A program made the translations under genes and the position numbers. Of a stretch of DNA of 26,584 nt, positions 17,345-26,584 are shown piece after piece. The notes under the pieces were generated by a model. That model saw nothing but the letters and a program-made list of their open reading frames with translations, made no database searches and was not told the origin of the DNA. This stretch comes from Armatimonadota bacterium (GTDB taxonomy: Bacteria; Armatimonadota; Zipacnadia; Zipacnadales; UBA5352): contig JAYENL010000228.1 in assembly GCA_034722055.1 (NCBI GenBank), positions 1-26,584 on the forward strand. The letters run 5' to 3'. Each line of letters begins with the position of its first letter. The stretch's first letter is position 1.

Positions 17345-20300
17345 ATGTCCAGGGCCACTCAATTGGTGAACATGATTGCGGTCTGCGTGCTGATGACCGG
17401 CGCGGCCACATCAGCCCAAGAGATCGGGCGCATCGACCAGATCAAGCCCATGCACCTGCAGACTCAGCTCGTCCTGGAGGGCAGGCCAAAGTGCGCTATC
17501 GCGGTGCCTGACGGCCAGCCCTACCAGCGCCTGGCGGAGCAGATCGCGGCCGCTGTCAACCGCCAGTGCGGCGCGGAGCCTGCCATCGTCCCGGCGGCGG
17601 GCATTCACGAGATGACGCTGCTGTCCAGGAACGTCATCGCGCTCGGCATCTTCTGCTTCAATGAGCTCACGGAGCGCCTCTACCGGACCGAGTACGTCCT
17701 GTGCGACTACTCCTGGCCGGAGGGCGAGGACAGCTACGTGATCCGCACCGTGCACAACCCGTGGCTGGCGGGCACGAACGTCATCTTCATCGGCTCGGCC
17801 CACCCGGCCGGGCTGGAGAGGGCCGTGGGGCGCTTCACGGAGATCGTCGCGGAGCATCCGGACGGCGTGCTGGGGCCCATCATCGAGGTCAGCGGCGACG
17901 ATCTGCCTGAGAGCCTCGACGCCCAGGCCGTGGCCGCCGAGGAGCAGCGCATCCAGCAGGAGACCTCGTCGCGGACCATGGGCGGGCTGGCGGCGGGGCA
18001 TGCCGACAGCTACTTCCGCAGCGGCAAGCCGGAGTACGCCCGCCTCTTCCTCGCCGCCATGCGCAAGCTCGATGAGCTGCACGCGGCGGAGGGCGCAGCC
18101 GATGACGTCCGCACCTGCCGCTACATCTTCCACCAGTTCGACCGCATCGAGGAGGGCCCGGCATTCACCGATAAGGAGCGCGAGGAGCTGACCAATCTCT
18201 TCTACCGCTTCGCCCATCGCCTCCGCTACGCCAACACTGACGTGCAGCCCTCCGAGATGCCGCACGGCAACAACTGGAACGCCACCGGCGCGGCCTTTGC
18301 GGGCATGTACTTCTCCCGCTACTACCCCAACCTCGAGATCGGCCAGCGGCTGCTGGAGAACCTCGACACCTACTACGAGCCGAATATGACCAACTGGAAG
18401 GTCAACGAGGACTGCCCCGGTTACGGCGACATCACGCTCACCGGCAACTACAAGTGGGCGCTGCACCGCCCGGATGAGCGCTACATCGACCAGGACCACC
18501 TGCGGCGCATGGCCGACTACGACATGCTGATCACCGATAACACCGGCCGCGTGTCGGGCTTCGGCGACGCCAGCGGCCTCGGCGGCAAGTACCTGGTCAA
18601 CGCTCTGCCCCTCGCCGCCTGGCTGTATCAGGATGGTCGCTACCTCTGGTGGTGGGATCATCATGGCGGGCAGAGGACGCGCTTCTGGGTGCCTCCGGAG
18701 GTCCTGGAGCGCCAGCGCCCCGATGACCTGCTCGGCGTGAGCGTCGCCCCCCTCGCCGAGTGGATCTACGAGCGCGACGGCTACGAGGACGTAAGGCGGT
18801 TCCCGCGCGAGGACTGCTTCGACAAGGCCTCCTTCCGCGCCGGCTTCCGCGAGAGCCGGGAGTACCTCTGCCTCAGCGGCTTCGGCTACGGCTTCCACTC
18901 CCACCCGGATGCCAACGCCATCGTGCGCTTCCAGGACGAGGGCGAGATCTTCCTCTACGATGACGGCTACATGATTCCATCGCTCAGCGAGCACAACAGC
19001 ATCATCGTGCTCAAGGACGGTTGGGCGGGGCGGGTTCCCGAGCTGGCCGAGGTGACGGCGAACGCCAACTTCGCCACCGTGGGCATCTTCGAGTCCCGGC
19101 TGAGCGGCTACAACGGCGTGCGCTGGGACCGCTGCGTCATCTGGCCCAGGGGGCGCTACTTCCTGGTGATCGACGAGCTGCAGGCAGAGGAGCCCGGCAG
19201 CTACGACTTCCAGTGCATCTACCGCACCCTCGGTGATGGCAGCCTCCGCGGCCGCCACTGGACGGCCCGCAAGGGCGAGGCGCAGATGACGCTCATCGCC
19301 GCCTCGGACGCCTCTCTGTCGCAGAAGCAGTCCGCCGGCACCTCACTCAACGCCAAGCCCTTCGCCATGAATGAGGCCCGGCGGCTGATCGAGGCCGCCG
19401 GCAGGCCGATGCAGCCCGATGACAGGTGTCACTTCGCCAACCTCTTCTACGCCACGCCGGCGGCGCCCGACGCCCGGATGGTGGACATGGTGCAGATCGG
19501 CGACTCGGGGCAGTACATCATCGACGATGGCGGAGAGATGGCGCTGGCCGGCGTGGGGCACTCGGCGGCGGTCGGCGGCCTGATCATCGACGCCGACGCC
19601 TTCTACTACGATAGCGAGACCCTTGCGGCGGCCGGTGCGGAGACCGTTCGCATCGAGGGGCCTCTGCTGGAGGCCGACGCGCCGGTGGACCTGCGTATCG
19701 ATCTGCAGAGCGGCGAGGCCGCAGTCGTCGCCCACGAGCCGACCACGGTGACCTTCCAGGCCCGCCTGGGCGAGGAGCGGGAGTCGCTGGGCGCGGGGCG
19801 TCACGACCTGCTGCTGCACGGTATCGACCGCCGCGTCCGGGTGCGCATCGCCACCGATCTGCAGACGCACTTTGAGGAGCTGGCGACAGCGGCGGAGGCC
19901 GAGGAACGCCCCGAGCCGGGCATGGCGGAGGGGATCGAGAGACTCTGGGAGTACTCCGACTTCGACGTCTACCGCGACTTCACGGACGTGACCGGCGCCA
20001 CGGTGACGGTCAACGCGCGGCACTTCACGCCGGATGAGGCGGGGTATCCGGTGGGGGAGCCGCCCGACCTCCTGGAGCCGGGCGGGAACGTCATGTTCCC
20101 CGACGGCGAGACGCTCATCCTGGACCTGGACCTGCTGGAGCCGCGGGAGCTGACACAGATCGTGGTGCACTCGCGGCAGCTTCGGACCTTCAACGGCGGG
20201 TGCGGCGTCAGCCGACTCACGGCATGGGTCGGCAATGATCAGGAGCTCAGCGATGCGGACCTCGCGGGCACCATGGAGATCGCCGAGCCGCTGCAGAATG

Positions 20301-21541
20301 CGAAGATGACCTACGCCATCGAGCCCGAGCAGCCCGTCACAGGGCGCTACGTGCGCATCGAGGCTATTCCGTGGAGCGACCAGCACAACGTCTACCTGGA
20401 TTCGATTCAGCTCAACGGCAAGGGCCGGCAGGAGGATATCATCGAGAGCGGGTTCCACATGAACGCGCTGGAGGTCGCGGACATCGACGGCGATGGACGG
20501 CACGAGGCCTTCGCGGGCGGTAGCGACCGGGCAGTGCACGCCATCGGGCCGGACGGGAGCGGGCTCTGGAAGTACCGCGTCGGCGACGTCATCAACGACC
20601 TCACGGTGGCCGGCGCCGACGATGGCGGAACGCAGATCGTCGCGGGCTGCGATGACAAGACGCTCTACTCCGTGACCGAGGCCGGGGCCGAGAGCTGGAC
20701 GCTGCTGCCGCCGCCCAGGACCTACGCCCGCCCCGGCTACCGCGGCGTGGAGCCCTTCCAGGGGCGACTGACCGTGGTCTTCGACAGCGACCTGGACCTC
20801 GATGGCGATGACGAGATCATCGTCGGCTCGGCGAACTGGCGGACTTACGTCTACGACCATGGCGGGGACCTGCTGTGGGATGAGGTGCTGTGGGCGCACA
20901 CCCCCACCTGCGGTACCGCCCATGATCTGGACGGCGATGGCAGGCAGGAGCTCATCATGGGCAACAGCTACACAGCGACCACCATCTACTCGGCCGGCGG
21001 CGAGATCCTCGGCAACGGCGCCGGCTCCGGGCACGCCGGCCCCACCGACGTGGCCGCCGCGGACCTGGACGGCAACGGCGCCGGCGAGATGGTCACCGGC
21101 GACCGCGCGGGCATGATCTGGTTCCAGGAGTGGAAGGGCCGGGACCTGCCCGACTACAACGCGGGCAGCGACATCACCTCCGTGGAGATCGCCGACCTCA
21201 CCGGCGACGGGCGGCTGGAGGCCGTGGTGGCGTCCAAGAACTTCCTGCTCTACCTCTTCGACGCCGACGGTCAGCCGCTGTGGCAGACGAACCTCCGGGA
21301 TGTCGCCCGCGACATCCAGGTCGCCGACGTGACCGGCGACGAGCGTCCGGAGATTGTCTGCGCCTGCGAGGATGGCACCGTGAAGGCCATCGACGCCGAG
21401 GGTGAGGTGGTGGCCTGGTACCAGGCCGGCGCCTGGGTGCGCCAGGTTCGGGTCTGCGAGCTGGATGGCGATGCGGCGACCGCCGAGATCGTCGCCACCT
21501 GTGACGACGGGCGCATCTACGGCCTGCGGGTCACGCGCTGA
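17345..21541 (+). CDS. Secreted heparinase II/III-like polysaccharide-lyase-fold protein with F5/8-type C (discoidin-like) insert and C-terminal FG-GAP beta-propeller
   Basis: Start at ATG 17345 after GGGAG; signal peptide ending TSA|Q. HGNNW, EDCPGY and GFHSHPDANAI (HxHxD) motifs; GRYVRIEA discoidin motif; several DxxGxGxxE-type repeats. Confidence 0.8.
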   Translation: MSRATQLVNMIAVCVLMTGAATSAQEIGRIDQIKPMHLQTQLVLEGRPKCAIAVPDGQPYQRLAEQIAAAVNRQCGAEPAIVPAAGIHEMTLLSRNVIALGIFCFNELTERLYRTEYVLCDYSWPEGEDSYVIRTVHNPWLAGTNVIFIGSAHPAGLERAVGRFTEIVAEHPDGVLGPIIEVSGDDLPESLDAQAVAAEEQRIQQETSSRTMGGLAAGHADSYFRSGKPEYARLFLAAMRKLDELHAAEGAADDVRTCRYIFHQFDRIEEGPAFTDKEREELTNLFYRFAHRLRYANTDVQPSEMPHGNNWNATGAAFAGMYFSRYYPNLEIGQRLLENLDTYYEPNMTNWKVNEDCPGYGDITLTGNYKWALHRPDERYIDQDHLRRMADYDMLITDNTGRVSGFGDASGLGGKYLVNALPLAAWLYQDGRYLWWWDHHGGQRTRFWVPPEVLERQRPDDLLGVSVAPLAEWIYERDGYEDVRRFPREDCFDKASFRAGFRESREYLCLSGFGYGFHSHPDANAIVRFQDEGEIFLYDDGYMIPSLSEHNSIIVLKDGWAGRVPELAEVTANANFATVGIFESRLSGYNGVRWDRCVIWPRGRYFLVIDELQAEEPGSYDFQCIYRTLGDGSLRGRHWTARKGEAQMTLIAASDASLSQKQSAGTSLNAKPFAMNEARRLIEAAGRPMQPDDRCHFANLFYATPAAPDARMVDMVQIGDSGQYIIDDGGEMALAGVGHSAAVGGLIIDADAFYYDSETLAAAGAETVRIEGPLLEADAPVDLRIDLQSGEAAVVAHEPTTVTFQARLGEERESLGAGRHDLLLHGIDRRVRVRIATDLQTHFEELATAAEAEERPEPGMAEGIERLWEYSDFDVYRDFTDVTGATVTVNARHFTPDEAGYPVGEPPDLLEPGGNVMFPDGETLILDLDLLEPRELTQIVVHSRQLRTFNGGCGVSRLTAWVGNDQELSDADLAGTMEIAEPLQNAKMTYAIEPEQPVTGRYVRIEAIPWSDQHNVYLDSIQLNGKGRQEDIIESGFHMNALEVADIDGDGRHEAFAGGSDRAVHAIGPDGSGLWKYRVGDVINDLTVAGADDGGTQIVAGCDDKTLYSVTEAGAESWTLLPPPRTYARPGYRGVEPFQGRLTVVFDSDLDLDGDDEIIVGSANWRTYVYDHGGDLLWDEVLWAHTPTCGTAHDLDGDGRQELIMGNSYTATTIYSAGGEILGNGAGSGHAGPTDVAAADLDGNGAGEMVTGDRAGMIWFQEWKGRDLPDYNAGSDITSVEIADLTGDGRLEAVVASKNFLLYLFDADGQPLWQTNLRDVARDIQVADVTGDERPEIVCACEDGTVKAIDAEGEVVAWYQAGAWVRQVRVCELDGDAATAEIVATCDDGRIYGLRVTR

Positions 21542-21621
21542 GCGAGGTGGGCGCAGGGCCGGCGGCGAACCGCCGGCCAGTCCCGAGGCTCCACGACGCG
21601 GCACGCTGGGACCGGCCACCG

Positions 21622-23580
21622 ATGGATGAGCGAGCAGTGCAGGCCCGTCGGGGCGAACCCAGGACCCACGCGGCGCTGCCCACCGCCCGCGCGGTGGTCA
21701 TTGCCGTGGTGCTGGCCGTCCTCATGGGCCTGGTCGTCCAGCAGGTGGCGCTGGTCTACAACGCCGGGGAGATCGAGAGCAGCGTCCCGCCGGTGCCGGC
21801 GGTGATGTGCCTGCTGGCGCTCTCGGCGCTCAATCCCCTGCTGCGCCGCCTCCGCCCGGGCTGGCAGCTCTCCAGGGCTGAGCTGCTGACCGTCTACGCG
21901 GTGCTCGTCCTCACCGTGGTGATGTCCGGGCGCTTCTTCACCCGCAACCTCATGGCGTTCATCACCGTCCCGCGCTACTACCAGAACCTCGAGGAGGTCG
22001 GCGAGCACCTCCCTGGGCCCTACGTCCCGCAGGATGAGAGTGCGGTGACCGCCTTCTTCGAGTCCTCCAGGGCCGGGGCCGTTCCCTGGACGGTCTGGGC
22101 CCGCCCGCTCGGCACCTGGACGGCCTTCCTGGTGGTGATCCTGGCCGGCATCTTCTGCCTGCTGGAGCTCTTCCGCCGCCGGTGGGCGGAGCAGGAGCAT
22201 CTGCGCTTCCCGCTGCTGTACCTGCCCCTGGAGCTGTCGGTAGGCAGCGCCGAGGCCCGCCGGACCTTCCTGGGCAACAGGCTCATGTGGCTGGGCTTCG
22301 CCATCGGCTTCTGGTACGCCCTCCCCGTCGTTGTCAGCCCCATCTGGCCGAACTTCCCGAACTGGAAGGTCACCTTCCGCCCCTTCCAGGCACTCACCGG
22401 CGTGCCGTGGAACGAGCTGCGCCGCATCTACATGCGCCCCCACCCGCACCTGATCGGCTTCGGCTACCTGATGAGCACCGACAACCTCTTCACCATCTGG
22501 GCCAGCTACCTCGCCCAGATGCTGGCGTGGGTTGTCTTCGTCCAGTACGGCTTCCGGCGGCCGGGATGGCACACCGGTCTGGAGCTGCAGCAGGCCATGG
22601 GCGGGGTCATCGCGCTGGCCCTGTGGCTGCTGTGGTCCAATCGCCGGGCCTTCTCGAGGGTGGCGCGCTCCTCCGAGCCGCATCTGCGCCTGCGGCTGGC
22701 CGGTGCCATCGCCGGGCTGCTGGCATCCATCTGGTTCGTGCGCATCGCGGGCGTACCGTGGTGGATGGCAGCCACCTTCACCTCCATGCTCTTCTCCGAG
22801 GCCCTCGTGTACGCCCGCATCCGGGCCGAGACCGGCCTTCCCAGCTACTGGGCGGTGCCCTTCACCTTCGAGGAGCGCGACTTCATCCTCGACCTCGCAG
22901 GCACCCGGCACTTCAGCTCCGAGCCTGGCCTCAGCACCCTGACCGGCTTCTCCATCTTCGGCTGGATGACCAAGGGCATGTTCCAGCCCACAGGCGCCTA
23001 CCACGTGGAGAACCTGGAGCTGGCCAAGGAGAGCGGCATCTCCCGGTGGTCGATGCTGTGGGTCAGCCTCGGCTCCGTGCTCCTGGGCCTGATGATCGCC
23101 TACGCCACGTGCCTGGACACCTTCTACGACATCGGCGCCCTCTCCGCGGCCGGGGCGGAGGGTGACGGGTACTACGAGGTCCGCTGGGCGCGAGGCAACT
23201 ACGCGAAGATGCTGGCGGCGGTACACTCCAACGAGGGCTTCCAGGTCCTGCCCAACCTGTTCCGCTTCGGTGGCGGGGGGCTGGTCCTGCTTCTCGCCTG
23301 GCTGCGGGCGCGGTATGTCAACTTCCCCTTCACCCCCTGGGGATACGTGGTGGCCAGCACCTACGGCGGCACCTTCTGGACCTCCTTCCTCATCACCTGG
23401 ACGGCGCAGAAGCTGGTCCTGCGCTACGGCGGCGCCCAGGCCCATCGGCGGGCCATCCCCTGCTTCCTGGGCATCTCCTTCGGCTACATGACGGCGACCA
23501 TCGCCGCCCTGGTGGTGGCCTTCTCGGTCGGCAAGCCCTTCAGCTTCCGCGCCGGCAAGCGCCTCTACTTCGACATTTAG
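21622..23580 (+). CDS. DUF6785/DUF6784-family polytopic membrane protein (putative transporter)
   Basis: Many hydrophobic segments; family-like motifs LSRAELLTVY, RRRWAEQEHLRFPL, ARIRAETG, FPFTPWGY, KLVLRYGG...PCFLG. Start is ATG 21622 or GTG 21547. Confidence 0.8.
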   Translation: MDERAVQARRGEPRTHAALPTARAVVIAVVLAVLMGLVVQQVALVYNAGEIESSVPPVPAVMCLLALSALNPLLRRLRPGWQLSRAELLTVYAVLVLTVVMSGRFFTRNLMAFITVPRYYQNLEEVGEHLPGPYVPQDESAVTAFFESSRAGAVPWTVWARPLGTWTAFLVVILAGIFCLLELFRRRWAEQEHLRFPLLYLPLELSVGSAEARRTFLGNRLMWLGFAIGFWYALPVVVSPIWPNFPNWKVTFRPFQALTGVPWNELRRIYMRPHPHLIGFGYLMSTDNLFTIWASYLAQMLAWVVFVQYGFRRPGWHTGLELQQAMGGVIALALWLLWSNRRAFSRVARSSEPHLRLRLAGAIAGLLASIWFVRIAGVPWWMAATFTSMLFSEALVYARIRAETGLPSYWAVPFTFEERDFILDLAGTRHFSSEPGLSTLTGFSIFGWMTKGMFQPTGAYHVENLELAKESGISRWSMLWVSLGSVLLGLMIAYATCLDTFYDIGALSAAGAEGDGYYEVRWARGNYAKMLAAVHSNEGFQVLPNLFRFGGGGLVLLLAWLRARYVNFPFTPWGYVVASTYGGTFWTSFLITWTAQKLVLRYGGAQAHRRAIPCFLGISFGYMTATIAALVVAFSVGKPFSFRAGKRLYFDI

Positions 23581-23851
23581 CGCTAACTTGCTCAACTCCG
23601 CCTACGGTGACGAGGGGGGCGCTCGACCGCTCGGTTGTGTTGAACATGCGCGCCGTGCTCGGTGGAGGGGCCGCGGCGCGCGCAGCGCTCGGTGAGGCCG
23701 CTGAGCGCAGCGAACCGGCCGAAGGTTCCACCCCGGCCCAGGAAGGAAACAACAGATTGGGGCGCGGGCGCCCCCGCCCGCGTCCGGGCCGAAGGCCCGG
23801 CCAGTGGGCCGGGGTGGAACCTGAGCGGCGCGTTCGAGAACGCGCCGCTCA
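23578..23851 (+). mobile_element. MITE-like intergenic element, copy B (inverted relative to copy A; distal end not resolved)
   Basis: Starts at the stop codon TAG with TAGCGCTAACTTGCTCAACTCCGC (19/24 to each end of copy A); perfect 18-bp inverted repeat 23723-23740 / 23805-23822; 14-bp inverted repeat TGAGCGGCGCGTTC-ga-GAACGCGCCGCTCA at 23822-23851, with a degenerate copy at 6386-6415 (26/30). Confidence 0.6.
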
Positions 23852-23936
23852 CGCGCCACTGAAGGTGCGCTGCGACGGGCCGACCAATCTACCAGCGCTC
23901 CAGCGCGGCCGCGCGGACAGGAGGCTGATCCGAATC

Positions 23937-26584
23937 GTGTTGCGACCAGGGGGAATCAAGCTGACCCCGCCGACCGCCGCCATGCTGCTGTCCGGTCTGC
24001 TGCTCAGTGCGCCAGGGGCTGCACAGCCGCCGGCAGACCTGCACCCGGGGCCCCCTGCCCTGGATGCCGTCAACTACCCCGACGAGGTCGTCATCTACGT
24101 CAGCGACCTGGACCTGCTGCGTGCCGGGGCTGATGGGCTCACCGCCGAGATCGCGCTGCGACACGATGGTGGCGAGGACCGCCATGCCGTCGATCTCTCG
24201 GCTCCGTCTCAGCCGCCCGCCATCGTGATGCGCAAGCGGCCCGGACGGCGCTACCGTGACGCGCAGGTTCGTATCCTCGCCGGCGGCGAGGAGCTGCTGT
24301 CGGGGAGGATTGAGCTGCAGGCCCCGACCGAGCCTCACACACGCGTGCCGCTCAGCGGGCGGCACTCCGCCATCGAGCCCGGACAGGCGCCTTCGGGGCC
24401 GACCGAGATCGACCTTCCCGACGTCGCCAGCCTGCGGGAGCTGCCTCTGGAGACCGCGCAGCGGCGGCTGCGGGTCGAGGATATCACCGCGCAGATCCGG
24501 TCCGAGATCAACTACCCGCTGATCTCGGCGCACAACAACTGCGCCATCTCGCTGCAGACGCGGCACCCTGATGAGCCTCAGCGGCGGAGCCTGTATGTCC
24601 CCACCAAGTCGCAGCTCTTCAACCCGGACACCGGCGAGCCGTCGAGCGTGGCGCACTACCTCGTGGAGGTGCCAGTCAACGAACGATGGCTGGCCGGTGA
24701 TGGCGACGAGACGGTGAACCTGCCGCCGGATGCGATCGAGGTGCACACCTCTGAGATGACCTGGCCTCCCGACCCGGCCTCCGGACAGCCGATTCTCGGC
24801 AGCGGCAGCGGCGGCCTGGGGCAGCTTGTGGGCACCGTCGATGTCGATGACCAGGGCCGTATCTACTACGCGCACGTCCCCTCCGGTGTGGTGCGCTTCG
24901 ATCCCCGGACCAGCCGCTTCGAGACACCGCCCATCGACGTGGATGAGCACATCGCCCGGTTCTTGCCCTCCCTTGACGATCTGCCCGACGAGCACAAGCA
25001 GGGCGAGCTGTCCCTGCGTTGGGAGGGCTACAAGATCATCGCCATACGGAGCGGGCGCCTGTTCTACGCACCCATCATCACCGCCGTGTATCAGGGCCAG
25101 GACCGCACCAGCTTCGTGTTCGCGGGCCTGCTGTCCATGCCCGTGGAGGGGTGGGACGATGCGGCGGCCTTCACCGACGGCATCTGCTTTCACGCGGGCT
25201 CGTGGCCGGGCTGCGAGCGCGTCCTCTTCGAGGGCTGGACCGACCCGGCCGATCGCACCCGCAAGCTCGGCCGGCTGTGGCCGCGGGAGGATGGGCTGTA
25301 CATCACCGCCTACCGACGGGAGTGGGGAGGGCCGTGGAAGCTGGAGGTCGATGACGAGGGCAGGACGGTGTGGTTCGGCCGGGTCGAGAGCGTGCCGCGC
25401 GCGGACCCGCAGGGCCTGCCGACTGAGGCCAGCGGCCTCGCCGACTGGTGGAGCTACGGCACGATCCGCGTCAGCCGCTCGAACCTGGACAGGATCCTCC
25501 ACAGGGATACCGGCGAGCAGCTCCAGGGCGAGATTGCGGTCAACTACGACCCCGTTGCGCGGATGCGGCAGCAGCCGGAGCGATACGCGACGCTGCTGGA
25601 GGCGATGAGCGGCCCCTCGCTGGCCCCCGCCTACATGGCGGTCGCCATCCCCGGCGAGCCGAACACGGTTCTCGGCGTGGCCGAATACGGATACTACCTG
25701 GCGACCTTCGACCTCAGCTCCGCCGACGATGGGGTGGTCACGAAGCGCTATCTCAAGCGCGACGTCGGAACTGAGGCGCTTGAGCTACCGCTGGCGGTGG
25801 GCCTCGGACCCTACGGGCACGTGTCGTGGCGTAGCGGCGACAGCCGCTTCCTGTACATCGGCGGATACACGGGCCTGACTCGCCTCGTCCATGGCGCGCC
25901 GGACCTGCCGCCAGATCGCTGTCGCATGGAGAACCTGTCCCGGGGCCTGGAGACGCGCAGACTCGACGAGGCGGGCGAGGGCGGGATCAAGCGCTACCGA
26001 TATCTGCGGCACGGCCTGGACGGTCGCATCTTCCTGACCGGCACGCACACGGCCCAGCGCGGGGGCACCGCATACTCCGGCGGCCTGATGTCCTTCCGTC
26101 CGGAGAATCCCACCACGCTGGAGAAGCTCAGCTTCATGAGCCGCTGCTACTGGACGATGAACCTGCGCAGTCGCATCGTCCACCGGCCCGACGGGGCGCC
26201 GGCGCAGGAGCTGTTCCTGGGCGGCAGCGGGCTCGACGAGGGCTACGCCTTCACCCTCGAGCCCGCGCTGGTGCCGGAGAATCGCGATCCGAAGCTGTTC
26301 GTCTACGAGTGCGCCTCGGCGGAGGCCCCGCGCAGCATCCTCGGCCTGAGCCTGCCCCCTGTGGAGGCCGGCGGCCCCTATCACGACCATGCCCTCGATC
26401 GCACCCGGCGCTACCTGGTGATCCTGCAGGGCGCCAACCTGCTGTGCTTCGACGTGCGGGCCAGGCGGTTCATCGACGGGGCGCGACTCAGCGGCGATGC
26501 GCCGGTCGAGGTCGCCGAGTTCCGGCGCCCCGACCACAGGCTGGTGCGGTCGCCCGATGACCAATTGTGGCTCTACGCCGCCAC
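23937..26584 (+). CDS. Large secreted hypothetical protein (>880 aa, 3'-truncated), probably beta-propeller-rich; absent from the ORF track
   Basis: Manual translation from GTG 23937 (AGGAGG at 23919-23924; in-frame ATG 23982) has no stop to the window end: MLRPGGIKLTPPTAAMLLSGLLLSAPGAAQPP...DVDDQGRIYYAHVPSGVVRFDPRTSRFE...GLDGRIFLTGTH...SPDDQLWLYAA. Strong G/C third-position bias. Confidence 0.85.
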   Translation, partial: MLRPGGIKLTPPTAAMLLSGLLLSAPGAAQPPADLHPGPPALDAVNYPDEVVIYVSDLDLLRAGADGLTAEIALRHDGGEDRHAVDLSAPSQPPAIVMRKRPGRRYRDAQVRILAGGEELLSGRIELQAPTEPHTRVPLSGRHSAIEPGQAPSGPTEIDLPDVASLRELPLETAQRRLRVEDITAQIRSEINYPLISAHNNCAISLQTRHPDEPQRRSLYVPTKSQLFNPDTGEPSSVAHYLVEVPVNERWLAGDGDETVNLPPDAIEVHTSEMTWPPDPASGQPILGSGSGGLGQLVGTVDVDDQGRIYYAHVPSGVVRFDPRTSRFETPPIDVDEHIARFLPSLDDLPDEHKQGELSLRWEGYKIIAIRSGRLFYAPIITAVYQGQDRTSFVFAGLLSMPVEGWDDAAAFTDGICFHAGSWPGCERVLFEGWTDPADRTRKLGRLWPREDGLYITAYRREWGGPWKLEVDDEGRTVWFGRVESVPRADPQGLPTEASGLADWWSYGTIRVSRSNLDRILHRDTGEQLQGEIAVNYDPVARMRQQPERYATLLEAMSGPSLAPAYMAVAIPGEPNTVLGVAEYGYYLATFDLSSADDGVVTKRYLKRDVGTEALELPLAVGLGPYGHVSWRSGDSRFLYIGGYTGLTRLVHGAPDLPPDRCRMENLSRGLETRRLDEAGEGGIKRYRYLRHGLDGRIFLTGTHTAQRGGTAYSGGLMSFRPENPTTLEKLSFMSRCYWTMNLRSRIVHRPDGAPAQELFLGGSGLDEGYAFTLEPALVPENRDPKLFVYECASAEAPRSILGLSLPPVEAGGPYHDHALDRTRRYLVILQGANLLCFDVRARRFIDGARLSGDAPVEVAEFRRPDHRLVRSPDDQLWLYAA

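Noticed and set aside
6386..23851. Recurring GGGCCGGGGTGGAACC motif as a CRISPR repeat
   Set aside because: Copies are dispersed and in inverted pairs, not a tandem array with regular spacers; no cas genes in the window.
23578..23851. Integron attC sites (GCTAAC just after a stop codon)
   Set aside because: No matching GTTRRRY end at attC-like distance, genes are far larger than typical cassettes, and no integrase is present.
566..26564. Numerous long antisense and alternate-frame ORFs (e.g. 6612..8036-, 17411..19258-, 19343..21619-, 21517..23595-, 23889..25502-)
   Set aside because: Shadow ORFs expected from stop-codon scarcity in high-GC DNA; they overlap well-supported genes and have no recognisable motifs.

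Overview
High-GC bacterial genomic DNA. The lineage is inferred as Armatimonadota-like from the GCGGGG lipoprotein, the FlgD-Ig-tailed secreted protein and the DUF6785/DUF6784 membrane protein. About 11 real CDSs: an Ig-like lipoprotein (5'-truncated), a 1479-aa secreted protein (7-bladed TolB/PD40-type propeller, six ~104-aa Ig/PKD-like repeats, FlgD-Ig tail), an aldo/keto reductase with a 2x[4Fe-4S] tail, two paralogous giant heparinase II/III-like plus FG-GAP-propeller proteins, a minus-strand cysteine-rich small protein/SAM methyltransferase pair, a LamG-like protein coupled to a 958-aa glycosidase-like protein, a DUF6785/6784 membrane protein, and a >880-aa secreted ORF that the ORF track missed because it runs off the 3' end. 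Overall it looks like a glycan-degradation region. The most striking non-coding signal is a modular intergenic repeat family. Two ~300-350 bp MITE-like copies begin exactly at the TAG stop codon of the upstream gene. Each contains a 16-18 bp inverted-repeat pair enclosing a 65-66 nt core with a covarying REP-type hairpin, and that hairpin is oppositely oriented relative to the flanks in the two copies. No CRISPR array, tRNA, rRNA or transposase was recognised. All alignments and family calls were made by eye, not by database search.
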